From Klebsormidium nitens (Eukaryota > Plantae > Klebsormidiophyceae): a stretch of 64,000 bases of DNA. The position numbers were made by a program, and so were the translations under genes. Positions 1 to 12,900 of this stretch are shown here, one piece after another. The DNA is taken from NCBI GenBank assembly GCA_000708835.1, contig DF237016.1, positions 62,001 through 126,000 of the forward strand, read 5' to 3'. Under the pieces are notes generated by a model. It saw only the letters and a list, made by a program, of their open reading frames with translations. It had not been told where the DNA came from and did no database searches. The number at the start of each line of letters is the position of its first letter. Position 1 is the first letter of the stretch.

Positions 1-701
1 CTGAAGGTAGCCCGATTCTGTGTGCAGGAACATCTTCCCCTCCGCCAGAATACAGATGTAAAGCAGAGAGAAGCACCCAAGCCCTTGCATAGTCCTAGCT
101 CCAGTCCTAGAAAAGCCCCCACATTCACGTTGAACTTCAGCGCTGCTTACTTCCCTGTATAGCCGCAGATGCCAGGACCTCCACGCTCAGCTTCTCCCGC
201 CAGTCTGCAAGCGGCAAACTAGAAAGCGTGCGCTTAGAATTGGTCTCTGTCTCCTTCTTCAATCGTCCCCTTGGAATCAGAGACGTGAGTGTGACGGTCG
301 CTTCCAACAAAAAGGAAAAGAGCAAGCTGATCTTCACGAAAACAGAGCTAGACGTTTCAGTAAGGGGGGTAATGAGGACGTTTTCGGTTGCAAAGGCTGA
401 GTCATCAGAGGTGTTGAGTACTGCAGCGTGTTTGCCCGGAACATCGAACCGGGGTAGTGAGTCGAAGCACCCGGCCCTATTGGATAGATTGAGAGGAGCG
501 CTGAGGCAGGCCGCCTGGTACTCGGTCAGTCCATCAGCCTACCAAGGCTTGCATCCAGAGGCCAAAGGCGGCCATGAGAAGGAGGACAGGCATACGTTGG
601 CTGAAGACGGCAACGCGGAAGTAAGGCTTTTCTTCGCCACGACGGGTTCCACCTCCTACATCTGTCTTGAGCTCCGGGTTCGTGCAACCCCTCTCGATCA
701 T
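1..701 (-). CDS. Possible 5' part of an uncharacterised spliced gene running off the window start
   Basis: ATG at 701 opens MIERGCTNPELK...MPVLLLMAAFGLWMQAL and is followed by a gtaggc donor. Further candidate exons with gtaagc/ttctag sites lie near 150-230 and 1-100. No family recognised and the exon phases are ambiguous. Confidence 0.2.
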
Positions 702-2011
702 GTTCGCTACGGATCATTCTAGAATACTCAACTCGACAACTCTTTGCTGTAGTGAGATGTGCAGCAAACCTCGGAGGTGGGCTTCTAACCGTCGATCAAT
801 TTTGCGTCTTTTGTCAGGATTCTTTGCTTCAGAAGTGGGGAAGTACGTGGTGGGGTGAATCCTTTGGACAAATAAACACCAAGGAGGAGACGCACCTTTG
901 AATCGAGCTAGGGCTTATAGATTGTGAGCCCGCATTAGGATTGCGAGTATGTCGATCGTACACAGCTCAATCATAAGGGGCAACCAAGACAACTTGTGGG
1001 AATTCATGCTAGCTATAGGAAATCGACGAGCATGACGCTCTTGTAAGGTCCATGGCATAGAGAGTAGCTAGGGTGTTAATGATATAGATTGTACAGCATG
1101 CTGATAACGAAGGCTATGTACATTGGGTTGGGTACGGTAACGCTGACGACACGGTGGTTTGCAGCCCATGGGCAGTCTGGCAGATTGGCAGACCTGCAGC
1201 GGTAAGGGAGATTGAAGTTGGGCCGTATGTGCCCGCCATAGAGACCGCGTTGACTTGCAGTAGATAATATATATTGGCTAGATTCCAAGAGCCTGGTACG
1301 TTAAAGCACGTCACTACTTTATAGGTGGAACTGAGGTTGTCAGGAAGGAGGTGTTCGGTCGCGATCTTCAATTTCAATTTTGATCTAGCTCGCGACTGCA
1401 GTGCATCTCAATCATCAGCGGAAGCTAGCCATGTAAAGCATCGCGATGACGTACCTAGCCTGAGATGGATCGACTAGCATGTACGAATATATCCGGCCGA
1501 TAGTCGGAAAGAAAGCGTGTATATATTATTCAGAACATGAACAACTCGAGAATGCATTGCAGCCGACTTTTTCCCGCCTATAGCTGTATGGTTTCAACCG
1601 ATCCAAGAAAGGACATTTAAGGAAGCCACGCGGATCAAAAAATGAGCTTGAGAGTCAACTGTTCACTGCCAACCCACCGGCGCATGGATGATCTCAAGTG
1701 ACTGGCCCGTGCCCCACCAGCTACTCCTACAAGCGAATCTGAGTATCTCTCTTCAAAATTGCAGTTTCTGTACAATCGCTGCGTCTACGAGGCCTTGTTC
1801 CGTCAAAAACCTCGTCTACAAGCGGCCATATGCACAGTAGTTTGACGCATAACAAGTAACAATCAGGGCAAAATCTCTCAAAAAAACGCCGTCTCAGGTT
1901 TTGATCTCTCAAGAAACGGCCGGAAGTTTTGTTGAACCCCTCGAACAATGCAACAAGCTGTAACCTAAGGAGCAATGTTTTATGGAAACTCTAATACGTC
2001 AATATGGAGGG

Positions 2012-5000
2012 TCACTGGACATTGGCAGCCTGTTCTTTGATCTGCTCCGAGACGCCCCGCATTTGCATTGCAATTTGTGTCAATGGGACGTCGTTGCTCT
2101 GCAAAGAAGACCAGGAGAAGGTCTTAGCTCGTCGGGCTTCCGATTACGATCTCCACAACAAAGTACAGCGTACCGCAACTATGTACTCGAGGATTCAGAT
2201 TAATCAACAAACAACATTGTTTGCTTGTCGATGATATCTTCGGCATCATTTAAAAAAGGGAACGTGTCCGCATCACCACAGAAGCGTAAATACCCGTTGC
2301 TTCTGACAGACGTCCAAATTCAAAACGGTGAAGGTCACCGACATAACCAGCCAGAAGCAAACCTGCCACGTCACAGCCACGCGGAGGCCTTTACAGCAGC
2401 AGGGCGCAAAGATCTGGAGGAGGCAGGGGTGCATTTTTATTGCTTACCTTGGAGCATATTGTGGCGCACTCTCGGGTGAACTCTTGACACAGAAAGTCCA
2501 GCTGCCGGCCGATGCTGAGGGGACGGTCGGAGCCTTCCTCGTCTTTGCCTTTCTTCGGAGATGTCGCTTGCCTAGTACGAAAGGGAGGATAACTTAAGGA
2601 GAGATACACAGCTGACGCCGAAAAGTGGCCAATCACATGCCTTCCGCTGGACCTAAGGGCAGCCCCGTTAGACCATCTCTGGCGGTTAAACGCCATTGCT
2701 CTTCAAACGTTTGGTAGCTACCAAGTGATTTCCTTAAACAAACGCTTTCAGGTTGACTGAAGGCTCTAAAGAAACATCGAGGGTCAAACAGAGGCCCCCA
2801 CTCAAACACCTGATTGAAACACGTCCGTCTCAAACGTTTGAAATACATTCAGGCGGGAATGGACCCTGTCAAGCATACTCAGCACTCAAAGAGAGTAAGG
2901 CTCTGAACACCTCCACTAACATCCGGACCGAGGGGGGGCCACCCGCTGCGCTCGACAGCGGTAAGCCAAGTGAAATGGGTCCACGGGACCGGTCAGAATT
3001 TGTTATCAAAGTCGTTCCTTGAAGCAGATGGCTAAGAAAAGTCACTGCATCTGACTACCAATTAATGACTGACAATGGGAGGCCTTAGCTGAGCAACGTC
3101 CTCGAACAGCGAATAACCAAGTCGCGGAGAAAGGGCAGCCCGGCTTACTTGTGGTGTCCGCTCAAGAGCTCCTTGGCAGCCACGATGTGCGATCGCAACC
3201 GGTCAACCTGCGAAGGGGACAAATCCGCTCGATCATCATTGTGCTATGTTCGACAGCAGCCACATGTTAGATAGCAGGTCATCGGAATTCACGTACCGCT
3301 CCATTCGTACACAATTCAGCAAAGGGACCAAGTTCCTGTATCTGCTAGAAGGGACGGGGTCCCTTAGACCTTGACGACTGACGGCAGGCAAAACCAGGTG
3401 CGATGTCGGCGACCGACCAAACTGGTGTCTGCCACGTTGATAGGACGAAGGGCGAGAGGCTTGCATGAGGCAAGCAGGCAACCGCTGAGCTGAGACAGAC
3501 AAAGGCGCGCCGACCCACGAAGAATCGATGACCGCGTTAGAGACTGTGGGCAGAAATGACGGAGGGAAGCACACTGGTCAACAGATGCAAATACGTCCGA
3601 AACAACAAGGCGCGGCTCACTTCTTCCCGGACGTCCAGCCTGGTGGTGAGCAGGGCCACCTCCTGCTCCAGCCGTCCGGGGTCCAGCGCGCGGAACGTCT
3701 CCAGGAGCTCGCCCACCTGAAGCAGGCTCAATTTGTGAGCCCTTCTTTTACCGATTGAAAAAGAACATTTACTTGAGGACTCAACAAAGGAAACTCACCA
3801 CAACCTTTAGAATCAAAGTATCTCGTTGGTCTATTGACAGGCCTCCTTGAAGAGAGCACACAGCATTTGGTTTGTCTGAACTTGAAAGGTCGCGTTCCTT
3901 GCAGCTGGCTTCGCGCAGACTAAGCGAGGCTGAAAATGGCAAACAGAGGGCGGTACAAGCACGGCACGTCGACATCCACGTACGGCTCGTTAAGTGCTCC
4001 CTTTGCGAAGAACTTTGTTTTAGCCATCGATTTAATGCAAGGTTGTCCCGACCGCCGTGACAGTACAAAGTCCTCTTCTCTGGATACCCGGACACTTCAA
4101 TGAACGGGCATGCATGGCCCTTTCAACTCCCAACCGGCAACCGGCTGTATCTTTCGAGACGAACACTACCTGCGAAGCTGCACGCTTTCTCGCCAAATGA
4201 GCGACAGATAGGAGCAAAGTGACAGCGTCTTGCTGAACTGCGCACCTGTTTCTGCATCCGATCTTTGAGGTGGGGCAGCCGTTCTTGCGCCGTCACGGCG
4301 GCTTGCTCCACTAGGGCCTCCAGCTCGGCGACCTGGCCGCTGAGAACCGCCCGCAGCCGGTCGCCCTCCGCGGCCCGGCTGTCCAGCAACTGGTCCAGGG
4401 CGTCGTGAAGACTGCAGAAAGGTCGTTCCCCACAAGAAGGCCGGTGAGCCGAGCGAGAGAGTTGCAAGACGTCAGCGGACGGAAAACGGACACGTCATGG
4501 AAGAAAGAGCGCCGGAATAACGTGATTTAAATACCACGTGCTATGAAAGGCTGCCGCACAAGGGCACACAGCCCCACCCGCATTTTGGCCGTGCTTCAAA
4601 GCCCACCTTTCCGTCAGCTTCTGCACGAAGTCTTCTTTCTCCTCCTCGCTCTCCTCAGGCTCTTCCCATCGCACGACGCCCTGTGCGCAGTTGTGAGAAT
4701 AAGGATACATGAGGCGCTTCAAAGCTGCAAATCATTTCGAGAAAACGCCAGAAGATATGATGTTCGCCGGTCAACATAGAGGCAGCGCGTCTAGGGGGGC
4801 CGTCTTTCCTCCACTTTGGACAATCCGATCATCTCAATTTTGCATAATCATCAGAGCAGGGCAGATTCCTGCGTTGTTCTGGCGCGCTGCATACAGGCGT
4901 TCAAGGTTTTATACCGTCTGAAGACTCACCGGAATTTGGAGAAGGTGCCCATAGTTGAACCCCCCCGGTAATTGGCGTGCTTCGCGTTGGAAAAGTCGGT

Positions 5001-8000
5001 TCATCGCCTCAAGTGCCTGCACGTGCGGTGCATTTCTTGCAATTTGCTTCGCATTCCTTGGAGTTTTCGAAGTGCGTAGGGGACGATTACGCAAGACGCA
5101 TATAAAAAATCTCTGCTCCTGCGGACTTCTGACGATCCTGGTTCAACAAATCCTCGATGCTCTTTCTCCGGGTAGTGTGTTTATGACACTAGCGGCTTCT
5201 TCTGTCCATTGGCACTCATATAAAATAAGGATCAAAACACAGTGGGACGTTATCCTCGTTGGATTTCAAGACAAGAAACCTTATCATAACGTGCGTGCTT
5301 GCGACAAAGGACCGACGCCAGTCCTCCACAATGCTGGAAGGGAGCCGCTCACAGGACAAAGGATAATATGATATGCAATTACTCACTTGTAGCATGGCGT
5401 CCTCGTCTATGACCAGCCGCCGGTCTTGCTGCTCCTTGTCCATCTGCAAGCGCGGCGCAATGTTAGCACGCACAGATAGAGCATCAGCCCACAGTTTTGA
5501 ATTGCGGCCAATCCCTCCGACGAATTGCCGCCAACGCATAGAAAGTCCAGATATCAGAAAAGACGGCGGGCTCAGTTCAGCCGGACTTCAAAACGCTCAA
5601 GCTGACGTGTTTGCTTACTGAAGGGCTGCTTACGTGGCGACCTGGGCCATTTGGTAGACCCTTCGAAACAAGTTTTGATCGATCGGAAGCACGATCAACG
5701 AAGATGGTGCAAATTAATCTTTGCAGCACAAGGACTGTTTGTCAAACGGACAAGTAAATCTGAGAAGCGCAAGCGCTGCTATCCCCACCTTGATGTCGAG
5801 AAAGCAAGAAACGGAACCGCGCGCGAATCTTTCGGCGGCAGCGGCGAGGGCGGCTTGTTCCAAGGAAGAGTAGCCACTGGGCACGCGAGCGCGCACGTCC
5901 AAGCTGCGCCCATTCACGCTCTTCACCTGACAAACGGGTGGACGTTCATGCAGAATCTCAAAGGTTTTGCTTCGTCCCTTCAACGCGCGACTTTGGTAGT
6001 CTCTAGAAGCCTTCCGCCCCTTCTGCTTCGCAAAATGCAGCATCTTCAGGACATCACTCCAACCGCCAGCTGACGTGCTCATGCAATAAGCCCGACGTAG
6101 GGGGCGACATAAGCTTAGTGAATCAAAATAGTCTCCTTGCATTCTATGCGCCTAAGAACGCTCAGCCAAATCAAACGCGACGGACTCTCCTCCCTTCACG
6201 GTGCGGCCTTTGCCGACTAGCCCACAAGCTTCGGTTTTCAAGAGGTGCAGTTAGCAGCAACTAATCCATCGACGCACCAAAGTACCTTTTGGTGGAAATC
6301 GAATTCAATCCTAACGCCTCAAGAAGCCAGCACAACCAGAGTACGAAAAATATTCATACAAGATAATGGAAAACGGTACATCGGTCCTGGTCCTTGCACA
6401 GGACGTACCTCCCAACTCCAGCACCTTTGCTTGTGCTTCCCGTCCACTTTTGAGAATCCCGACATGCTCGAGATGCGCGAGCGTACTTCTATAAGGTCGA
6501 CTTCCGTCGACTGCTCCTGTGTGATGGTTTTTGCAAACAATTTTTTGAAGTAATCCAGATTGCAGCAGTCGATCTGCCAGGGCCGGATCCTGTGCGAGGT
6601 AACTAAACCGCCCGCAACATATGGGTCTTGTGAAACAAAGTCCTCCACAACTGCGAGCAAAACGAAAGCGGTGGTAAGCATACTGAGTCTGCATCGGATC
6701 TACAGGGGAGAACAAATTTCCCCGGGTGACAGTTAGGGCCCCTCACTTTTTGAACAAAAATCGAACAAGACGGAACTAGAATGCTCCCATTAACGCGCCA
6801 ACATCGAGTTGATTGTGAATCTATATCCGTCGATCAATCACCGAGCCAGGGAAAGCTTCGAGCCCTGGAAAGAGCGTCCCTGCATCTTAGCAATAATTCT
6901 GAGTGAGTACGCCAATCCGAATGTAGCAACATGCCTGCAAAACGATAAAGAGGTCGCGTTACCCTCCTGGGGCTAGCAGAGTCATGACAGTCAACGGCGC
7001 ATTCTTACCGGACTTGTCGTTCGTCCCAAAGAGGAGAAGTGCGCCGTCGATGGGGTCCCCTTTTGGCCCTCCGATGATGCACCGTTCTGCCGCCAGTTTC
7101 AGGTGCGCCTCTCTATATGGGCCCCTCTTTTCCAGAACGTCACTGACGTATGCTGCAACCAGATAAGTGGGTTCTCTTTTGCAATACCTAAACGAAACTA
7201 CAAGCCCAAAGATTGAAACGTTAAACAGCGTATCAGGACCAAAAATACTCTCACTAATATTCCTAATGATCTTACTCACATGTTGATCTCCAGCAGCAAA
7301 TTCTTATCATGAAACGACTGCGTCTAGACAAGGAAACCCGAGATCGACAGCTCCTTTTCCAGAGGGCAACTAACATTTGAAGCTGTTGCAGGCCTCTCTA
7401 ATTACAAGCTCACGAGTTGGATACGATCTTTGAGAGTGACGGTAACAATGCAGGCACTCACTGTATTCGAGCAGATGAAGTACCGGCAAGTCATGACCGG
7501 TGACTGGATCTTCCGCAAAAGCTGCCTCTGGGAAATTGCTCAGAGATTTGACAACAGCGGTCCACGGGGTCAGAGAGACTCTTCCCACCCACTCTGGTTC
7601 TCCTAATTCGATATACAAAAAATCTGCGTCGTGGTGCAGAATGTTGATGTGAGAAGAAAAAGGAGCGAAGATAAAGGAAGGCAAGGAGTAGGACAGCCAA
7701 CACTAAGTTTGAGGCAGTTGGTACTAGCAAGGCAAATTACAGAGGAAATTCTCAATCATCTAGACATGCTGCTCCAATGAAACAAATGAATGTTCAGTCT
7801 TTCCAAACATGCATGTCGGAACCTCACCTTCTAAATCTTCCGTCATGTGGAGTTCGCAAATCCTCAAAGGAACTTCGGGGCCAATGCTTCCCTCTATCAT
7901 GGATTGTTGAAGCATGGCAACATTTTGGTTGTCCAAAGGGAAACCAACTCCAGCATCTTCAGCAGGGTAAGAGTGGGTTTCAATTTGTGGAATGTCCCTG

Positions 8001-8751
8001 ATGAGTAGGCACATCAAACTTGATCACAGCAGAACAAGTGAGAAGCCCAAGCGAGCATGCTGGGAGCAGACATCCTCCTCATGATCATAGGAAAGGAAAT
8101 GAGAAACACATCCCAAAGAGGCTGGCAAGTTTGCCAGCACGGCAAGCAAAGTTTTTGAACAGCAGATATGACAAGGCGCCTGAAAAGATTCTCAGCACGA
8201 GCGGCAGACTGATGTGCAGCTCCTGAGTTCTACTTGCACCACCTGCCCATCAAGTGACCATATGCAACCAATGAAAAGCTTTCAAAGCTCAGACTGCCGT
8301 AAAGCTGTAACTCCAGATGAGTGGACCCAGGGTCTGGTGCCTCACCATACTCAAGCATCGTCAACTCAGCACTGCTTTGCATTGAGCTTGCTTTCGTCGT
8401 ACAAACCCTGGCTGCATTGCACCATGGAGCCCATCTCCAGCCTCGCTTCACTGCAATGTAATCGGGGAATGCTTTCTGATGCCAAGTTGGATTGCTTAAA
8501 TGGACAAGTTCACCCGTTGATTGCTTCCATTCTGATAGACCCCTGCCCAGCAGCCCCCTATAGGGAGCCAAGTGCTGCCTGCCTTCTCCATTTCGTTGCA
8601 ATGCACTTGGAACATGGAATGATCTGGTCTGCAATGCAGTGCAGCTTGTCATGGTGAATCTTTCCAGCTCCAGCTTTGAGGCTGGACGAACACAGTTGCA
8701 AAACGTCAAGCGCTTCTTGAGAGGTCTCGTCAAACCACGCAGCTTTAGCAT
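2012..8751 (-). CDS. yicC: Fusion protein of about 704 aa: transit peptide + unknown domain + YCII domain + YicC/YloC-family endoribonuclease (14 exons)
   Basis: Phase-consistent GT-AG exons: 8751-8243, 7997-7828, 7623-7462, 7152-7009, 6650-6409, 5926-5789, 5443-5387, 5016-4930, 4680-4607, 4411-4246, 3716-3621, 3207-3149, 2571-2448, 2098-2012 (2115 nt). YCII motifs: YTYVSDVLEKRGPYREAHL, IIGGPKGDPIDGALLLF, VEDFVSQDPYVAGGLVT..IRPW. YicC motifs: SSMSGFSK..WSWEVKSVNGRSLDVR, RAAEGDRL, RLEQEVALL..DVREEVDRLRSH, GRQLDFLCQEFTRECATICSK, EQIKEQAANVQ*. Confidence 0.9.
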
Positions 8752-9167
8752 TCTTGTTTGTCAATTCACCTACAACACTCCTGCAGAATGCATGGCGGAG
8801 GGTCAGCATGGGTCAGCATTTGATAAGTTCAGAGTGAACAAGATCAAGAGCGAAAGAGCACCGCCACCGGCTAGCGCGCTGGTGCCAGTGGATTTTCCAG
8901 AGTCTCCAAAAATCGTGCTCATCTATAATCAGTGTCAATACGCTTACAGAGACGGCAGCAAAGCTGACAACCGACGGCAACCTATCTTGACGAGATCAGC
9001 CCTTCAGCGCGGGTCCGAGCGAGTCCCGGTTTTCTGCTCCAAAATCCTCCATTTCTGACACCAGAATTCCAAAATGAATACTTAGATCGCGCTTGATATC
9101 AAACAATGTCAATGGTCCTACCTCTTGCTTGGCGCAGTCAGCTAGCGCCAGCGGCGCAAGTACGACG

Positions 9168-9710
9168 AAGTAGACTCCTTTTGTTAGTGTCTCAGGCCCC
9201 AAAAAAGTGTGAAAACTTCTTACACGCGGGATCATAGGTTCACAGGGTATCCGCGTGGACCGTACTGTCAGCTCTGGTCCTTTGAACAAAAATGCGTCAG
9301 AATTTCAGGTTTTACCGTACACTTTGCGGTACAGATTACAGTACGGATGGAACCGGGTCAGGATAAATGGCCTACAACACTAAAAGTAAAAGAACTCTGC
9401 CCGGTTGTCACTGTCAATGAGTAACCCTAATGTCACTGGGAAATGGCGTAACCCTAACAAAGCGCTCGTCGATTGGCGTGAACCGTCACAGGTTTGCAAC
9501 GTAACCCTATGGTCAAAGTAAGCGCCCCGGGTCAATGTCAATGTCAACGTCGATGTCAATGTCGATGTCAGTCTCGTTGTCAACGCTGTAACCACTCCCG
9601 TTTTCCACCGACAGACTGCAATAATTGTCACAGTTCAGGTGCTTCCAGGTGGGTTGAGAGTGATTCACACCAATCAGAGTGGCGGAGACACTAACAAAAG
9701 GAGTCTACTT
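9168..9710. mobile_element. MITE-like element with 26-bp perfect terminal inverted repeats
   Basis: 9168-9193 (aagtagactccttttgttagtgtctc) is the exact reverse complement of 9685-9710 (gagacactaacaaaaggagtctactt). The interior is non-coding and about 540 bp. No TSD was found. Confidence 0.6.
9406..9585. repeat. Array of short motifs: three GTAACCCTA copies and a degenerate (TGTCAA/TGTCGA)n run
   Basis: gtaacccta at 9421, 9448 and 9501; gtcaatgtcaatgtcaacgtcgatgtcaatgtcgatgtca at about 9531-9570. Confidence 0.7.
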
Positions 9711-9931
9711 TGATAGTTTTGCGCCAGTGGCAGCAGAGTCTGATCAACCGGACCCTTTCCGGCCAAACAGCCGTCCGAACCTGTCGATGGACGGAAATGT
9801 TTGCGATCATGTGTGATCGCTGTATGAGGCTGAGCTGGACGAATTGTGCTAGCGCCGGCGGCGGCCTTCAGTTTTGGCGAGGGAGCACTTCCAAGCAGAA
9901 GCCTGAGCTACAGCCTGAACGGTACAGCACG

Positions 9932-12900
9932 ATGAAGGTTCATCAAGGAACGTCCGTCTTGTGCACTGGGGCAGGTTCTGGCATTGGTCGAGAGACGGTG
10001 CTGGCGCTTGCAAAGCTAGGTGCAGATGTCACAGTGGTGGATCTTTCAGAGGAGGGCGGCAGAGAGACTGTCCGTCTAATTGAGGAGGCAAGGCAAACAC
10101 TTTCTGGCAGACAAAGTGGCGGGCCTCCGGCGGCCATTTTTGTCAAGTGCGACGTCACCAAACCAGGTAAGTATGCTTAGCTGTGACTGCAGACTCTGCG
10201 CTTCTTAGGAGCTGGATTGGCTTCCTAGCTTGCTTTGGGCCTATCCTCTATGAAAGGAAAGTGAGCTCACGCAATATGTCATTGAAACTCCTTCAATTCT
10301 TGTTTACTTCTTATGCCCTTTGATCAATGCTAAAAACTGAAGCCATCATGCACGTACAATAAGATTATACCACCCCATGTTTAGCTTCACCGATCTAAAA
10401 GGACTTGTGTCAAACATCTTTTGCAACTTCAGACCGCTCAGTGCGCCTGTCCAGTGGTGGCGTCCTTGATTTCTGCTTGCAAACAATTGAGAGACAGCGG
10501 ATTGCAGTTGTAGAGACACTCTGCGTTGTAACATGCATGATCAATAACTTCTGTCGTCATATTTGCAGAACAATTGGTGGCTGCGTTCAAGGCTCATCTC
10601 AGCACTTACGGCAAGCTAGACATATGCATCAACAATGCTGGGATAATGGAGAACACGCGCTTTTTGGATGATGCCTCAGAAAATGGGGCAGGGGCCTGGC
10701 GAAAAGTCGTGGACATCAATCTGACGGCCACCATCGATGGAACGCGGCTAGCCGTAAGTGCTCTCATAGGTCCAGGAGACTGTCTGCTTGATGTGTTTAG
10801 GCATTTGATGAATCCATCATCAGAGGACCGTCACAGGACAACAATCTTGTACAGCCCTTAAACGAGACTCGTTGACTCCGTTAAGAACGCTTTGGAACAG
10901 GACTTGTTGGCGCAGGCAAGTTGCTTGGACCAGAACTAAAGCCTGGATTGTTGTCAGGACTACATGACATTGAAAGAGCTGACGCCGTAAAGACCGAACT
11001 ATTTGAATGGTCTGGTGCCAGGTAGAGCTTCAGGGTGACGGCAACTGCAGGATGTCAGCTTGATTGCTGCTTGCATGTGAATCTTTCTGCCGACGAAACC
11101 GGAAACAAATTGGAAAGTCGCATCTGTTTGCCGTCAAGCTTTTCCAGCTTTTCACTATTCCGTTTTTGTTTTGACTCTTCTGCCTGAGCCTGCTTGTTTG
11201 CTTCCAATCATCCAATGTCCTTCTTTTCTCGCTCTCGCAGCTGCGGGCCATGCTGGAGCGCAAGACGCCCGGCGCCATCGTCAACATTGCCTCAGCCGCC
11301 GGCCTCTACCCCACCCCCTTTGGGCCCATCTATGCTGCTTCCAAAGGTAAGCTCATCTGCCATTATGTGTCATAGTTCACTCCTGTTGTGTGTGTACTTG
11401 ACTAGTTTCTCTGTAGATCAGGGTGAATTTCTGAAATCTTTAGTGACCTTCAGCAAGACAAAAAATGGGCATGTATTGCCAGTCACTCAGAAGTAGCTCT
11501 TAATAACTGCTTCGTCCAAAATCCAAAGTGTTCCCCAATCTTGCGTGTCTGGCCTAGTCTCTGTCGCCCCTACGGAAGATTCTGAGATCAAAACCGCTGA
11601 ATGACACTGCAATGAAATCCATGAGGTTGCCCCTGCCTGTCGGTGCAGGCGGTGTCGTCCAGTTCACCCGCTCGCTGGCCCACTTCTCTAAGAAAGGCAT
11701 GCGAGTCAATGCCCTCTGTCCCCTCTACATCCAGACCCCCATGTCATCTCCCGGCGTTGGATTGATCAAGTCCTACTTGGACGAAGCTGGGGGGTACATC
11801 CCCATGCAAACTGTCATAGATGGTGAGAACGCTTTAAAACCTTATCCCCCCTCTCTTCTTTTCCCAATTTCAGGGGGGGTGGTCCAGCTGACGAGATCAT
11901 TGGGTCACTTCAAGAGAAAGGGAGTCCGAGTGAACGCTCTGTGCCCCGAGTTCATTGACACGGCCTTGGGGAAAATGGCCGAGGAACACATCGGAGCGCA
12001 TCTCAAGTCGGTGGGGGGCTTTATTCCCATGTCGGTCGTAGTAGAAGGTACGGCCGGGTCTTTCCGGTTGTGCTTCACCAAAGGATTTCAAGTAGGAAGC
12101 TGTACAGGCGAGGAAGTCAACATTCCCGTTCAACATTCCAACACGATTGTCAGGAAGAGTAGACACGTGCCAAATGCTCGAGTGTTCCGGGTTTTGTTGC
12201 CGACTTTGTCAAGCCAGACAAGGCGTTTTTTTGTTGCACCATCAGTATCTGATGCTTATATTTCGTATGGTTTCCTGCTGACCTGCCCGGTTTTATCATC
12301 CCAAGTCAGCCGGTTCAGCTTGCTGAATCTGTGCGCTAATCTCCTCTGCTAACCCGGCGCGAGTATCGTCATTCCACAGGCATCCTGGAGCTCATTGATG
12401 ACGACAGCAAGGCGGGGGAATGCATGCGCATCACGAATCGGACGGGGCGAGACTACTGGCGGCCGAAAAACGTGGGGCCGCCAGCGAGGGGGCAAGGGAA
12501 ACCTGTGGCTGCAAACCTTCCAGCGGAAACCCGGAAGATGTGAGTGAAATTTGACTTGCTGGGGGGAGAACAGGAGGAACGCAGATTTTCGTTCTCCCTT
12601 TCGTGACCCAATTGTGATAGCCTTAGGCCTTTGTTGCGAGCCACGGCAAATGCGTGAAGTGCTCACAGACTCCCTGCTTTTTAATCTCGTGAGATTGTCG
12701 TGATCGAGGCGATGGTAAAATGGACTTTCGCAGTGTAGCAGAGAAGCTCTGCGCACGGGCGGCAACGAAACCTCTTTTGAGAGCGTTTCGTCACGATCTC
12801 GTTGAAAATAGACAATGTCCCCAAAGTACTACGTGACTCTTCAAACAAGCAGCATATTCGACTTTCATCTTTGTGCCGAACCTGGACGAGCGGACGTTGT

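Noticed and set aside
8996-9289. ORF as a possible first exon of the YicC fusion gene
   Set aside because: It overlaps the inverted-repeat element, ends in a stop, and cannot be spliced in phase. The ATG at 8751 gives a complete model.
11612-12352. 246-aa ORF containing an apparent internal repeat
   Set aside because: It is read-through of a 51-nt spacer between two duplicated exons plus flanking intron, not a separate protein.
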